Shown here: one piece after another, positions 38,699-48,010 of the stretch | How positions within the stretch are numbered: the stretch's first letter is position 1 | How the letters are laid out: each line of letters begins with the position of its first letter | Virus record (IMG/VR): IMGVR_UViG_3300027868_000010 | Location: 1 to 54,626 of that record | Direction: 5' to 3' (one strand) | DNA length: 54,626 nucleotides | Source of the DNA: a virus | Taxonomy: Duplodnaviria > Caudoviricetes | Notes under the pieces: generated by a model | What the model was told of the DNA's origin: nothing | Seen by the model: only the letters and a program-made list of their open reading frames with translations | The model's database searches: none | Program-made: the position numbers and the translations under genes

Positions 38699-38921
38699 TG
38701 GTCATCAGACCAAGACGGGAGCGATGCTCGAGACGATAGGCAACACCATGTCGGGTTTCATCCTGTCTTACTTGCTCTGGGTTTTCGTGGTCGCGCCATT
38801 GTATAACATCGACACCACATACGCCGATAACTTCGGTATAACTTGCATCTTCACGGTGCTCTCACTCGCGAGGTCGTACTGCTGGCGTCGCCTCATGACA
38901 AAGGTTCATCATGGAAACTAA
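38691..38921 (+). CDS. Small two-TM membrane protein
   Basis: LETIGNTMSGFILS...IFTVLSLARSYCWRR. Confidence 0.7.
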   Translation: MRSGHQTKTGAMLETIGNTMSGFILSYLLWVFVVAPLYNIDTTYADNFGITCIFTVLSLARSYCWRRLMTKVHHGN

Positions 38922-39471
38922 CTGTACAAGATGCGGCAAACCAGTCGCCAACGGAACAATATTGCCGTGTATCGAGGGCATCATTGAACACGATGATGTC
39001 GACGCAATGTTGGAGGTCTGTCCAGTTTCGCTTGATGCAAAGTCGAAATTTTCGCGGCCCGAAAAAACGGATTTAGCCGCACCCCTGGAGAACGAACTCC
39101 AGTTAAATGTTGCCGATGGCGGCGGACTGCGGTTCAACGAAGAAAAGAACCTTCTCGAACTGGTTCCGCCGGAATGGGTGTGGGGCCTGGGCGACGTGAC
39201 GACGCAGGGCAGCAAGAAATATGCTCAGCGCAATTGGGAACGTGGCATGAAGTGGTCGATTATGGTTGGCTGCTCGCTTCGCCACCTGTTCAAGTTTCTC
39301 GCCGGAGAACGTTACGATCCCGAAACGGGTTGTCATCACCTTGCGATGGTGGCGTGGAATGTCCTGGCATTAATGTCATATGACCTTCGCGGCATCGGCG
39401 AGAACGACATCCCCGAAAGCGATATGGCCCTGCTCGAAGCAGTCAACTCTGGAAAAGGAACTAATTCATGA
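38911..39471 (+). CDS. dATP/dGTP diphosphohydrolase (DUF5664)
   Basis: GLRFNEEK, LVPP, GSKKYAQRNWERG, SLRHL, DPETGCHHLAMVAWN. Confidence 0.85.
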   Translation: METNCTRCGKPVANGTILPCIEGIIEHDDVDAMLEVCPVSLDAKSKFSRPEKTDLAAPLENELQLNVADGGGLRFNEEKNLLELVPPEWVWGLGDVTTQGSKKYAQRNWERGMKWSIMVGCSLRHLFKFLAGERYDPETGCHHLAMVAWNVLALMSYDLRGIGENDIPESDMALLEAVNSGKGTNS

Positions 39472-40034
39472 TTATCGGAATGGATCTCGAGACCACCGGA
39501 CTTATCAAGGGAAACAATTTCCTGCCCGGCATCACCCAGATCGGCGCGGTCAAGTACGACGCCGAACTGAACGAGATCGACAGCTACGTGCAGGATATCA
39601 ATCCGGAAATCCCCGCCAGCGATTGGCAGGAGGGAGCTATTAAGCTGCGCGGTATCGGCCCTGGCGATCTGGATCACTGTCCGACATTCTTCGCGGCATT
39701 CTTCGGCTTCGCGGAATTCGTTCGCGGCTCCGTCATCTGGAGCGGCTTCAACATCGACAACTTCGACACCAAGGTTCTGGGACGCAGCCTGGAACGCTAC
39801 GGCTTCTCTCAGCACTTCCCCTGGCCGTCATATCACATCGATATCATGAAGGTCGTCATGAAAGAATATGGTGGACGCCGGAAACTCGGTGATGTATATT
39901 CCGACCTGTTCGGCGAGAAGATCGTCGACGCTCACGAGGCACTTCCGGATATCCGCGCCACGATGCGGATCGGTCAAAAGCTGGCACCGGACCTCTTCTA
40001 TCAAACCCTGGAGCGAGCGGAGTTGAATTCATGA
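39468..40034 (+). CDS. DEDDh 3'-5' exonuclease (DnaQ/epsilon-like)
   Basis: DLETTG, GFNIDNFD, AHEALPD. Confidence 0.9.
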   Translation: MIIGMDLETTGLIKGNNFLPGITQIGAVKYDAELNEIDSYVQDINPEIPASDWQEGAIKLRGIGPGDLDHCPTFFAAFFGFAEFVRGSVIWSGFNIDNFDTKVLGRSLERYGFSQHFPWPSYHIDIMKVVMKEYGGRRKLGDVYSDLFGEKIVDAHEALPDIRATMRIGQKLAPDLFYQTLERAELNS

Positions 40035-40228
40035 GCATGATCAACCTTCACGATCACCGGGGGTCTGAAGTATCCCTAAACGTCGACCATATAACTGCCG
40101 TCAGGCCAAGTGGCACGGAGAAGGCGGAATATATTATCGTCGACACCCTAAAAGACCTTTTCTATATCGGCGGCTGGGAATACGAAAACTTCGTCGACGA
40201 GATCAACCGAATACAGGAGGAAGGTTAA
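40031..40228 (+). CDS. Hypothetical protein
   Basis: Coupled small ORF (INL....SLNVDHITAVRP). Confidence 0.6.
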   Translation: MSMINLHDHRGSEVSLNVDHITAVRPSGTEKAEYIIVDTLKDLFYIGGWEYENFVDEINRIQEEG

Positions 40229-40434
40229 TGTTTGTCACATGCTATCACTCGAACCGAGACCCCAACGATATGCGCGCACTCATGGCGTTTGATACAGAGC
40301 TTGTTTCTCGCGTTTGGGAATATGAGCCGGGAATTCTTATGATCGAGTTTTGTGATACCCCGAAGGGTATTATGACCGACTCATTTGATGACATACCCGA
40401 CTTCTTCAAGGCAACCGGATTGGAGTTGAAATAA
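40228..40434 (+). CDS. Hypothetical protein
   Basis: Coupled small ORF. Confidence 0.55.
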   Translation: MFVTCYHSNRDPNDMRALMAFDTELVSRVWEYEPGILMIEFCDTPKGIMTDSFDDIPDFFKATGLELK

Positions 40435-43344
40435 ATGCTACCCCTGAACGCCATGACAGACTTCTCGTTCATGAAGGGCTTCGGCTCTGCTGAACAATGG
40501 TATGCCCGTTGCCAAGAGCTAGGCGTCGAAGCCTTCGGCCTTGCCGACCTCAATAGCACGTGGGGGCACGTACCGTTTACAAAAGTCTTCAAAGACGTGA
40601 AGCTCTTGCTTGGCGTTCAGGTGGCCGTGGTTCCCAACCTCACGAAAGATAAGCGGCACGGCATTGTCACTCTTATCGCCAGGAACAGGGACGGATTGTC
40701 ACTCTTATATAAGGCAATGACCCTGGCCCACCAGCAAACCTATTACCGGCCTCGTCTCACGTGGGCACAGCTTTCAGACCTCAATGGTTTTGTCGAGGTC
40801 ATCGTGAACGAGTGTTCCCTTGGAGACTTCGTGGATTTCGAGAAGCTTGGCTTTGGCTACGTGGCATGTTCCGCGCGCCCTGGTGCCATGCGTCACGCAA
40901 TCATGAGCGGAGACTTCAAAGTGGTCGCGACGTCCTCGCCGGCTTACCCGTCAATCGAACACAGAGAGGCTTACGAGCTTGTCCGTGCGGTGGCAAATGG
41001 CGTGAAGTTCGGTGAGGACGTCGACGACGGACTTCACATGTTGCGGAGGTCAGAATATGAAACCCTTCTTCGACCCATTACCGTCCAAGACGAGTGGTAT
41101 AGGAACGCAGAACAGATTGCTTCGGAGTGTTCGGCATCTGTTCGACAAGCCACAAACATCAAGCCTCGTGTTGACCATACCCTTCAAGTGCTCGCCGAGA
41201 CAGGCGCGCGCGAACGGGGAGTCGATCTTAGCGGCGATTATGGAGAGCGGCTACGACACGAACTTGGCGTCATCAGTGATAAAAAGTTCGAAGACTACTT
41301 CCTTTTTGTCGCGGATGTTGTGGCGTGGGCTAAAGAGCGTATGTTCGTTGGTCCGTGCCGTGGTAGTTCTGGTGGGAGTCTTTTATGTTACCTACTCGGT
41401 ATCACGGAGCTTGATCCTCTTCGGCATGGAACGCTCTTCGAAAGGTTCCTCGACGTTGGTCGTACCGATTGGCCTGACATCGACATCGATTTCCCTGACA
41501 ACAAACGCGACCTTGTTTTTGAATATCTCCGCGAAAAATATGGCGAGGATCACGTTGCACGTTTAGGGACCATCAGCAAGTTCGGTGGCAAGTCAGCCAT
41601 CAACGATGCGGGCAGGGCATATGGGGTCGAGTACGCTGCAACGCGTGACGTTGCACGTGTAGTGGACACGGTGGATGTTCCCCTGCCTGTAATGTTCGAC
41701 AATATGCCCGAAGACGTGCAGCCGATCCTCGACGCGAACCCCGAATTACGCAAAGCTGCGCTCATAGACGGGCATCCTCGTCACCACGGCGTACATGCGG
41801 CGGGCGTTGTGGTGACCAATGAGCCGGTGACGTCCTTCGGAGTGCTGGATAAGGATGGCACGATCAGCCTGGACATGAAGACCGCCGAGGGGATCAATCT
41901 CTTGAAGCTTGATGCTCTCGGTCTCCGCACCCTGTCCGTGATCGAGAATTGCTGCGAACAGGTCGGGTATAAAACTGAAGAACTTTACGAGCTTGGCTTC
42001 GATGGGAGGGAGCACAATTATCTCGACGACTACGCCGACGACACAAATGTGGTCAACGTCTTCGATCTGTTCAACAAGGACCAGGTCACCGGCATCTTCC
42101 AGTTCGAAGGCACGGCAGTGCGACAACTCATGAGGCAGATTAATGTGGAAACTTTCGACGATTTGGCGGCGCTTATGTCTCTGGCACGACCCGGACCTCT
42201 TGTGGGAGGGGCCGCTGGAAACTGGGTCAAGCGACGGGCTGGCGAAGAGGACTTCTCGTATTCTCACCCGATCATGGAAAAGATTACGGCAGAAACTCTC
42301 GGCACGATTATCTACCAGGAACAGGCGATGCAGATCGTCAGGGAACTCGGTTCATTCGATGACATCGGAGTCAACGGCTTTAGACGCGCGGTCGGCAAGA
42401 AAGACCCAGAAGCCCTCCAGGCGTACCGGCAGGAATTTTTAGATAGCGCCATCGAAAAATATATCGATCACCACGTTGCGACCGGCGACATAGAGCTTGA
42501 TGACTTGGTTAGGTTGACATCAGAAGAAACCGCCAATGCGCTATGGGATGAAATGTGCGAGTTCGGTTCCTACGCGTTCAACAAAAGTCATGCTGTGGCT
42601 TACACCATGCTCTCTTATATATGCGCCTATCTCAAGTCTGTATATCCGATGGAGTATAGTATAGCGCAGCTTCGCAACGCGGCGTCCGAGGATCAGGGGA
42701 AGGCTCTCCTGCGCGAACTGATCGCCGAGGGGTATGAGGTCATTCCGTTCGACCACAAGCGCAGCGAGGATGACTGGTCGATCCAAGACGGCAAGATGGT
42801 GGGCGGCTTCACCGCAGTGAAGGGCGTCGGAGCCAAGACAGCCAAGACGCTCATGGAGAAGCGCGACGCCAACCCTGATGGGTGGCTGGACGACCTCACC
42901 CCTGCCCAGAACGAGAAGATCACGAAACCATTCAACACGCCGTGGGACGATCTCAACCGAAGAGGAAAGATGTACAAGCATCTCTATGACGATCCGGATA
43001 AGCACGGCATACGCGGGCCGATCCTGCGTCTCGATCAGGTTCCAGAAGAGAAGGGGCAATACTGCTTCATCGCAACTCTCACAAAACGTCAGCTTCGCAC
43101 GAAGACCGACGACAAGGGTAAGGCGATGGCGAGTAAGGCAACCTTCCTGAACCTGTATTGGGAAGACGACAGTGGCGATTGCGGCAGTACGATAAGCCGC
43201 TTCAAGTACGAGGAAATGGGGGCACCCATTATGGAGATACCAGATGCAGAAGGTCGCGACTTCCTCGTTCGCGGCACCATCATCAACGAGGGCCAGAACA
43301 ATTGGTTCTTCATCGACAAACTTAAGGAACTGACAGATGACTGA
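40435..43344 (+). CDS. dnaE: DNA polymerase III alpha subunit (family C)
   Basis: PHP N-terminus, GPCRGSSGGSL, PDIDIDF, HAAGVV, KLDALGL, IFQFE, YQEQ, YAFNKSHAVAY. Confidence 0.95.
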   Translation: MLPLNAMTDFSFMKGFGSAEQWYARCQELGVEAFGLADLNSTWGHVPFTKVFKDVKLLLGVQVAVVPNLTKDKRHGIVTLIARNRDGLSLLYKAMTLAHQQTYYRPRLTWAQLSDLNGFVEVIVNECSLGDFVDFEKLGFGYVACSARPGAMRHAIMSGDFKVVATSSPAYPSIEHREAYELVRAVANGVKFGEDVDDGLHMLRRSEYETLLRPITVQDEWYRNAEQIASECSASVRQATNIKPRVDHTLQVLAETGARERGVDLSGDYGERLRHELGVISDKKFEDYFLFVADVVAWAKERMFVGPCRGSSGGSLLCYLLGITELDPLRHGTLFERFLDVGRTDWPDIDIDFPDNKRDLVFEYLREKYGEDHVARLGTISKFGGKSAINDAGRAYGVEYAATRDVARVVDTVDVPLPVMFDNMPEDVQPILDANPELRKAALIDGHPRHHGVHAAGVVVTNEPVTSFGVLDKDGTISLDMKTAEGINLLKLDALGLRTLSVIENCCEQVGYKTEELYELGFDGREHNYLDDYADDTNVVNVFDLFNKDQVTGIFQFEGTAVRQLMRQINVETFDDLAALMSLARPGPLVGGAAGNWVKRRAGEEDFSYSHPIMEKITAETLGTIIYQEQAMQIVRELGSFDDIGVNGFRRAVGKKDPEALQAYRQEFLDSAIEKYIDHHVATGDIELDDLVRLTSEETANALWDEMCEFGSYAFNKSHAVAYTMLSYICAYLKSVYPMEYSIAQLRNAASEDQGKALLRELIAEGYEVIPFDHKRSEDDWSIQDGKMVGGFTAVKGVGAKTAKTLMEKRDANPDGWLDDLTPAQNEKITKPFNTPWDDLNRRGKMYKHLYDDPDKHGIRGPILRLDQVPEEKGQYCFIATLTKRQLRTKTDDKGKAMASKATFLNLYWEDDSGDCGSTISRFKYEEMGAPIMEIPDAEGRDFLVRGTIINEGQNNWFFIDKLKELTDD

Positions 43345-43579
43345 AACTGACGTGGGCCAGCGCCTACTATCCTATATCGAGCGCATCGAGCGCCTGGATG
43401 AAGAGAAGAAGGAACTCGCCGCCGATATCCGCGAAGTCTTCGCCGAAGCCAAGGGCACCGGCTTCGACGTCCAGATCATGCGGAAGGTTCTCACCATCCG
43501 CAAGATGGAACCCGCCGAACGCCAGGAGCAGGAAGCCCTGCTCTCCACATACCTCACCGCATTGGGAGCGACATCATGA
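43337..43579 (+). CDS. gapR: GapR/DUF2312 nucleoid-associated protein
   Basis: LLSYIERIERLDEEKKELAADIREVFAEAKGTGFDVQIMRKVLTIRK...ERQEQEALL..YL.ALG. Confidence 0.9.
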   Translation: MTETDVGQRLLSYIERIERLDEEKKELAADIREVFAEAKGTGFDVQIMRKVLTIRKMEPAERQEQEALLSTYLTALGATS

Positions 43580-43833
43580 CGACACCGACCAAAGTTAAAC
43601 TCGACACCAGCGAACAGCTGGCCCTCAAGGCTCTTCACGACAAGACGGTGGGCCTCAACAACTTCGTGCAGACAGTCACGGCGCAAGGCGAGAGCCGCAT
43701 GGCCGAGATACAGGCCGAGAGCCGTCGTATCTGGGAAAAGATCGCGGCGAACCATGGTCTCGATATCGAGCACGTGAACTACGAAGTCGACGCCAAGACC
43801 GAGCACTTGGTTCCGATGATGATGAAGCTATGA
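43576..43833 (+). CDS. Hypothetical protein
   Basis: Coupled ORF. Confidence 0.6.
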   Translation: MTTPTKVKLDTSEQLALKALHDKTVGLNNFVQTVTAQGESRMAEIQAESRRIWEKIAANHGLDIEHVNYEVDAKTEHLVPMMMKL

Positions 43834-44270
43834 GCTTTATCGCTCATGTCGAGGCCGAGGTCGCTGAGCATAACCATGACCAACGCGTCGAAGTCGAGTA
43901 CGGGGAGGTCCGAGAGGACTTCTCCACTCTCGAAGAATTACTCGAGGGCAGTGACATCGATATGTCTGACTGCAAACTGTTCACGTATCAGCTGAATGGT
44001 GACGCGCAGGAAATGCATGGGGCGACCCATTTCTGCGTCATCCAGTTGGACGTCGATAAGACAGTCGGAGACCTGTATCTCCAGGGCAACACGATCCAGG
44101 GGCCAGCAGTTCTCTTACTGTGCAACGGCGAAAGCTTGGTGGGCTTCCACTGCAACAAATGTGCTCATAGTTTTGTAAGATGGTTCCTCGAGACCCAGGG
44201 TTATTGGAAAGAGAAATATCATGAAGTTGGAAGTTTCGAAAAAGCGAAAACCTGTACCACGATCCACTGA
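43830..44270 (+). CDS. Hypothetical protein
   Basis: Coupled acidic ORF. Confidence 0.55.
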   Translation: MSFIAHVEAEVAEHNHDQRVEVEYGEVREDFSTLEELLEGSDIDMSDCKLFTYQLNGDAQEMHGATHFCVIQLDVDKTVGDLYLQGNTIQGPAVLLLCNGESLVGFHCNKCAHSFVRWFLETQGYWKEKYHEVGSFEKAKTCTTIH

Positions 44271-44718
44271 GGCGGCGTTCGAGAAGCGCGTCGCCAAGGT
44301 GCTCGAGGGGGTGGGTCTAATGTCCTACCACACCGCCGAGCGTTTCTATAAGGGTATCCCAGATCGGTATGTGGCGGGCGGCAACTGGATCGAGTTCAAG
44401 GCTGTGCCGTACAGTGGAACGCGACGTATTACACCCACTCGGTTCTTCAAGCCCGAGCAGAAGCTTTGGCTGACCCGGTTCCACAATGCCGGTGACCGAG
44501 TGTTCGTGTGCATCCTGTTCCAGCCCGAGAATGGCGAGCCACGTGTCCTGCTCTGTCCCTGGGCCCTCCTTGAAGGGGAAGGATCAATGTCTACAGAACG
44601 TGTTGATCGATATTCTATGATATGTTCCACGACGGATGACCTTAAAAAATTCGTTGCCCTTCGCTTCGGTCATGAGCATGATCGCTTCTCAAATTATAAA
44701 ATGAGTTTTTTACCATGA
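44221..44718 (+). CDS. VRR-NUC/PD-(D/E)xK nuclease (resolvase-like)
   Basis: TEAAF, GIPDRY, WIEFK, PEQKLW. Confidence 0.78.
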   Translation: MKLEVSKKRKPVPRSTEAAFEKRVAKVLEGVGLMSYHTAERFYKGIPDRYVAGGNWIEFKAVPYSGTRRITPTRFFKPEQKLWLTRFHNAGDRVFVCILFQPENGEPRVLLCPWALLEGEGSMSTERVDRYSMICSTTDDLKKFVALRFGHEHDRFSNYKMSFLP

Positions 44719-45017
44719 AAAAGCGCCCCCTTATCAATATGCTCACGTCCCTGGAGAATATTCCAAAGGAATGGCTGAACCACGTCGAACCGAAGGTCGT
44801 CAGAGGAGCGTTCCTGCCCTGCTGGATATGGGCAGGGGCAGTCGACAAGAACGGCTACCCCATCATGCGCGACGGGAACACGATCATCATGATGCATCGA
44901 TATGTCGCCAAGCTGTTCTATAAGGTGGGGAAGACCGACTATGTGAAACGATCCTGCGGGATCAATAATTGTGTGAACCCAAACCATGTCTATGTCTCGA
45001 AAACCCAAAGAGGTTAA
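44715..45017 (+). CDS. HNH-type endonuclease-like protein
   Basis: CWIWAG..DKNGY, HRY, SCGINNCVNPNH; the usual catalytic His appears replaced (VKRSC). Confidence 0.7.
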   Translation: MKKRPLINMLTSLENIPKEWLNHVEPKVVRGAFLPCWIWAGAVDKNGYPIMRDGNTIIMMHRYVAKLFYKVGKTDYVKRSCGINNCVNPNHVYVSKTQRG

Positions 45018-45081
45018 TCCTATCGCCCGGGCACTGCGGGGTCTGCATCAGAGAAAAATGCCAAAAAACCAAAAAAAGTCC

Positions 45082-45111
45082 TTGACCCGCCCCAAACGGA
45101 AAGCGTATGAT
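45082..45111 (+). promoter_or_regulatory. Sigma70-like promoter with A-tract UP element
   Basis: TTGACC-18-TATGAT after A-rich tracts. Confidence 0.55.
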
Positions 45112-45153
45112 GCTCGTACAGTAGAGGAAGACACCTAATAGGAGAGCAGGTAC

Positions 45154-45399
45154 ATGAGCTTTGAAGACAACGTCAGGAGTATCGAGCGGGCGGTTCGCAG
45201 TGACTTCGTCAGACTCTATGGCTTCACCGGATCGGCGAGACTGGTTCAGGAGGGTGTTGAGGTCTGCTTATCCAAGGATAAGGAAACGATATATAATATT
45301 ATCTCGTGGCATCAGCTGGCCTCGATCCGTATTCCGCCAGGGCCGCATATTGTCCATGGCTTAATCGCCAAGGTCGCCAAGCCCAGGAGTGTGTTTTGA
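45154..45399 (+). CDS. Hypothetical protein
   Basis: SD present; first of a coupled chain of small genes. Confidence 0.55.
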   Translation: MSFEDNVRSIERAVRSDFVRLYGFTGSARLVQEGVEVCLSKDKETIYNIISWHQLASIRIPPGPHIVHGLIAKVAKPRSVF

Positions 45400-45617
45400 T
45401 AGACCTTAATCTCAAGACCCAGCCGTTCGCCTATGAACTCACCGAGATCGTGGACGAGAAGGGAACGCGTTTCGAAGCACGGTTGCAGTATGACACCAAA
45501 CAGAACTACTGGCTGTCCTCAGTGCGCGGCGACGTCAAGTGGGGTGATAATGAGTTCTTCGTCACCAGTATGGAGTGGTACGGCACGTTCACAATTGTCA
45601 GGATGGTGACGACATGA
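45396..45617 (+). CDS. Hypothetical protein
   Basis: AGGAG SD, TTGA overlap. Confidence 0.5.
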   Translation: MIDLNLKTQPFAYELTEIVDEKGTRFEARLQYDTKQNYWLSSVRGDVKWGDNEFFVTSMEWYGTFTIVRMVTT

Positions 45618-45787
45618 AGATCGCCACATATAAATGCCACTGCGGACACAAGTGGGAAGCCGAGGTCGAAGGCGGCACCATGCCCCTCAAACACAATAAG
45701 GTCCATTCGGACAAGTGCCCGGCGTGTGGCAGTATATATTTCGCCTGGACGAACTACCTTTCATCATTCGTGGGGAGACCATCGTGA
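45614..45787 (+). CDS. Small zinc-ribbon protein
   Basis: YKCHCGHKW...KCPACGS. Confidence 0.6.
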   Translation: MKIATYKCHCGHKWEAEVEGGTMPLKHNKVHSDKCPACGSIYFAWTNYLSSFVGRPS

Positions 45788-45992
45788 AGGAATTGCCAAT
45801 AGCGGCGTGCCGGTTATGCGGCGAGGAATTTCGGCAGAAACGCAACGATCAGAGGTTCTGTGAGACGGCGTGCCGGTCATCATTCGTGGGGAGACCATCG
45901 TGAAGGAATTGCCAATAGCGGCGTGCCGGTTATGCGGCGAGGAATTTCGGCAGAAACGCAACGATCAGAGGTTCTGTGAGACGGCGTGCCGG
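45761..45992. repeat. Perfect 116-bp tandem duplication
   Basis: 45761-45876 equals 45877-45992. Confidence 0.95.
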
Positions 45993-46139
45993 AAAAAGTA
46001 TCACCGCAACATCGAGCAGCGAGGCGGCAGAGCCGTCGAAATGCTCATCGAATGGCGAAATTCGCGCGGCAGTAAAAAAGGCGCTTTGACCAAAATTGCC
46101 GCACTCGTCGACAGTTGGATACGGGAGGATCGAAAATGA
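45900..46139 (+). CDS. Small zinc-finger protein
   Basis: CRLCGEEF.......RFCETACRKKY. Confidence 0.65.
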   Translation: MKELPIAACRLCGEEFRQKRNDQRFCETACRKKYHRNIEQRGGRAVEMLIEWRNSRGSKKGALTKIAALVDSWIREDRK

Positions 46140-46396
46140 GTTATGACACACCGGTGGTGCAGCCGCGCATGATGCATAAAACGCTCGTACCGGCGAAGAA
46201 GGATTACACGCTCGAGGATTACATGCGCGACATCGTCAAGTGCGCAGGGGGCTTCACGGATGATAACAAGGTCGTCCATAAGCCCGTCCCGCAACTCCAA
46301 AACTTCATCAAGGGCCACGACCTCGTCGGCACGTTGCGCGGGTCACCGCATTGGGTTCGCAATTCAGACTTCTATAAAAGGAATTCCAAGGTATGA
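46136..46396 (+). CDS. Hypothetical protein
   Basis: GGAGG SD, ATGA overlap. Confidence 0.55.
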   Translation: MSYDTPVVQPRMMHKTLVPAKKDYTLEDYMRDIVKCAGGFTDDNKVVHKPVPQLQNFIKGHDLVGTLRGSPHWVRNSDFYKRNSKV

Positions 46397-46587
46397 ATGA
46401 TGTACGCATCATTCCACTTTACAAAGGCAGTGATCAGATTGGTCACTGTGTGGTTTTAAATATCCGCATCTTCCAAGACGGGTCGATGAGTGGCAGTGTT
46501 GCCCGCACCTATAAGGGCGAGTCCGACCAGTCCTACTATCTCTGTGAGGGGTGGCTGGAGGGTTACAGTGCGAGGGACCGCCAATGA
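46393..46587 (+). CDS. Hypothetical protein
   Basis: ATGA overlap. Confidence 0.5.
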   Translation: MNDVRIIPLYKGSDQIGHCVVLNIRIFQDGSMSGSVARTYKGESDQSYYLCEGWLEGYSARDRQ

Positions 46588-46802
46588 TGGTCATCCTCCC
46601 GATCCAATTCGTCACAGGCACCGCTATCGGATATCAGGTGATCGACATGGAAGCCATCTTGCACGACAGCGGGGAGATAAAATATCCAATGGGTGTTGAG
46701 CAAAGCTGGTTCATCACCAAACACACACTTCAAGAATGTTTCGATTTCGCCGTGGCATATGTCAAGCGAAACGACCCACACAATGCAGGAGCAAAAGGAT
46801 GA
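46584..46802 (+). CDS. Hypothetical protein
   Basis: ATGA overlap. Confidence 0.5.
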   Translation: MMVILPIQFVTGTAIGYQVIDMEAILHDSGEIKYPMGVEQSWFITKHTLQECFDFAVAYVKRNDPHNAGAKG

Positions 46803-47224
46803 ATTACGACCTGAAAATTATGGCGCTGACCATTTATGGCGAAGCACGTGGCGCATCGGCGGCGGGCAAGGCTGGTGTTGCTCACGTCATCATGAACCGC
46901 TACGCTCGCCCTGGTTGGTGGACGCGACACCTGAGTGACAACGTCGTGGATGATACGATTGCGGCAGCGTGTCTCGATCCGTATCAGTTCTCATGCTGGA
47001 ACAACGGCGATCCCAACCTCAAGGCCATGGCAATCGTCAGCGAGGCCGACCCGGTGTATTTGCAGTGCATGAGGATGGCAATCGGCGTTATCTCCGGTGA
47101 CGTGCCTGACCCGACACATGGCTCGTATCACTATCACACCAAGGCCGTGACACCCGGTTGGTCCCAGGGCCTGGACCCGGTATGGGTCGAAGGCGATCAT
47201 CTCTTCTATAATAATGTGAGGTAG
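46799..47224 (+). CDS. Cell wall hydrolase, SleB/Hydrolase_2 family (candidate endolysin)
   Basis: MALTIYGEARG, VAHVIMNR, YQFSCWN, DPTHGSYHYH, P.W, GDHLFY. Confidence 0.9.
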   Translation: MNYDLKIMALTIYGEARGASAAGKAGVAHVIMNRYARPGWWTRHLSDNVVDDTIAAACLDPYQFSCWNNGDPNLKAMAIVSEADPVYLQCMRMAIGVISGDVPDPTHGSYHYHTKAVTPGWSQGLDPVWVEGDHLFYNNVR

Positions 47225-47226
47225 CT

Positions 47227-47586
47227 ATGTCTGAATTAATTCAAATCTACTATTCGATGGACACGGTATGTGTCTCATGGCCTGATGGCACGGTTCATAC
47301 TTATGAGCCGAATGTCGACTTCCATCAGCTCAAGGGGCTGCTTGCCAACTGCATCACGGACTTCTGGATGGAAGGGAAGATGGATTTGACGTCCAGGTCA
47401 CTACTCGAGGGGCCGGCGGATTGCAGTGCAGTAGCAGTAGCAGTGCAAGACCTGTGCCGGCGGTATGAAATTTCCATCACATGCACCGGCAACATCTGGC
47501 AGGTCACAAAGGGGGATCAAGTCCTGTTGCAGGACTACAAACTGGAACGCGCACTCGAGCGCCTAACGAAGGATCAGGTGTCATGA
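47227..47586 (+). CDS. Hypothetical protein
   Basis: GAGG SD; coupled ORF. Confidence 0.55.
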   Translation: MSELIQIYYSMDTVCVSWPDGTVHTYEPNVDFHQLKGLLANCITDFWMEGKMDLTSRSLLEGPADCSAVAVAVQDLCRRYEISITCTGNIWQVTKGDQVLLQDYKLERALERLTKDQVS

Positions 47587-47924
47587 AGGCCACCATCGTC
47601 GAACTACCATCACGCGTGATTACCCTGATTACTGATGATCATGGGAATACTGAAATCACCTTTGCCCGCAGCAAGTTCAATGCGAAGGACGTAGCACGTG
47701 ACCACGGAGCAGGGGACATTATCGTTGGAGGATTAGAATGTTTGGATATTTCGCTATTGCAGCCGGTACAGCAATCTGCACCCATTTCATCTGCGCCTGG
47801 GCCGGCTTCCGACGACCCTGGTGGGCCTACGTCGTTGCCGGATTCATCTGGCCCATCTACTGGACATACGTCTTACACGTCTGGTTCGAAAGTTTCTCGA
47901 AAGGGAAAACGTAAACCAAAATGA
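47583..47924 (+). CDS. Hypothetical protein
   Basis: ATGA overlap; low-complexity tail overlaps the next ORF. Confidence 0.45.
   Translation: MKATIVELPSRVITLITDDHGNTEITFARSKFNAKDVARDHGAGDIIVGGLECLDISLLQPVQQSAPISSAPGPASDDPGGPTSLPDSSGPSTGHTSYTSGSKVSRKGKRKPK
47738..47914 (+). CDS. Small two-TM membrane protein nested in another frame (58 aa)
   Basis: GGAGGA SD; MFGYFAIAAGTAICTHFICAWAGFRRPWWAYVVAGFIWPIYWTYVLHVWF... Confidence 0.55.
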   Translation: MFGYFAIAAGTAICTHFICAWAGFRRPWWAYVVAGFIWPIYWTYVLHVWFESFSKGKT

Positions 47925-47954
47925 GAAATTTTTTGAATAGTTGAGAGACGTAAT

Positions 47955-47977
47955 AAGGGGGCTTCGGCCCCCTTTTT
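47955..47977 (+). terminator. Rho-independent terminator
   Basis: AAGGGGGC-TTCG-GCCCCCTTTTT. Confidence 0.9.
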
Positions 47978-48010
47978 ATGTTTAACGAGACGTGAATAGT
48001 TAATGGATTA

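Noticed and set aside
38336-39471. 2-aminoadenine (Z) or 7-deazaguanine genome
   Set aside because: No PurZ, DatZ, Que or DpdA homologue recognisable
28589-43344. Inteins or introns in NrdJ, helicases or DnaE
   Set aside because: ORFs are continuous, of normal length, and show no splice-junction motifs
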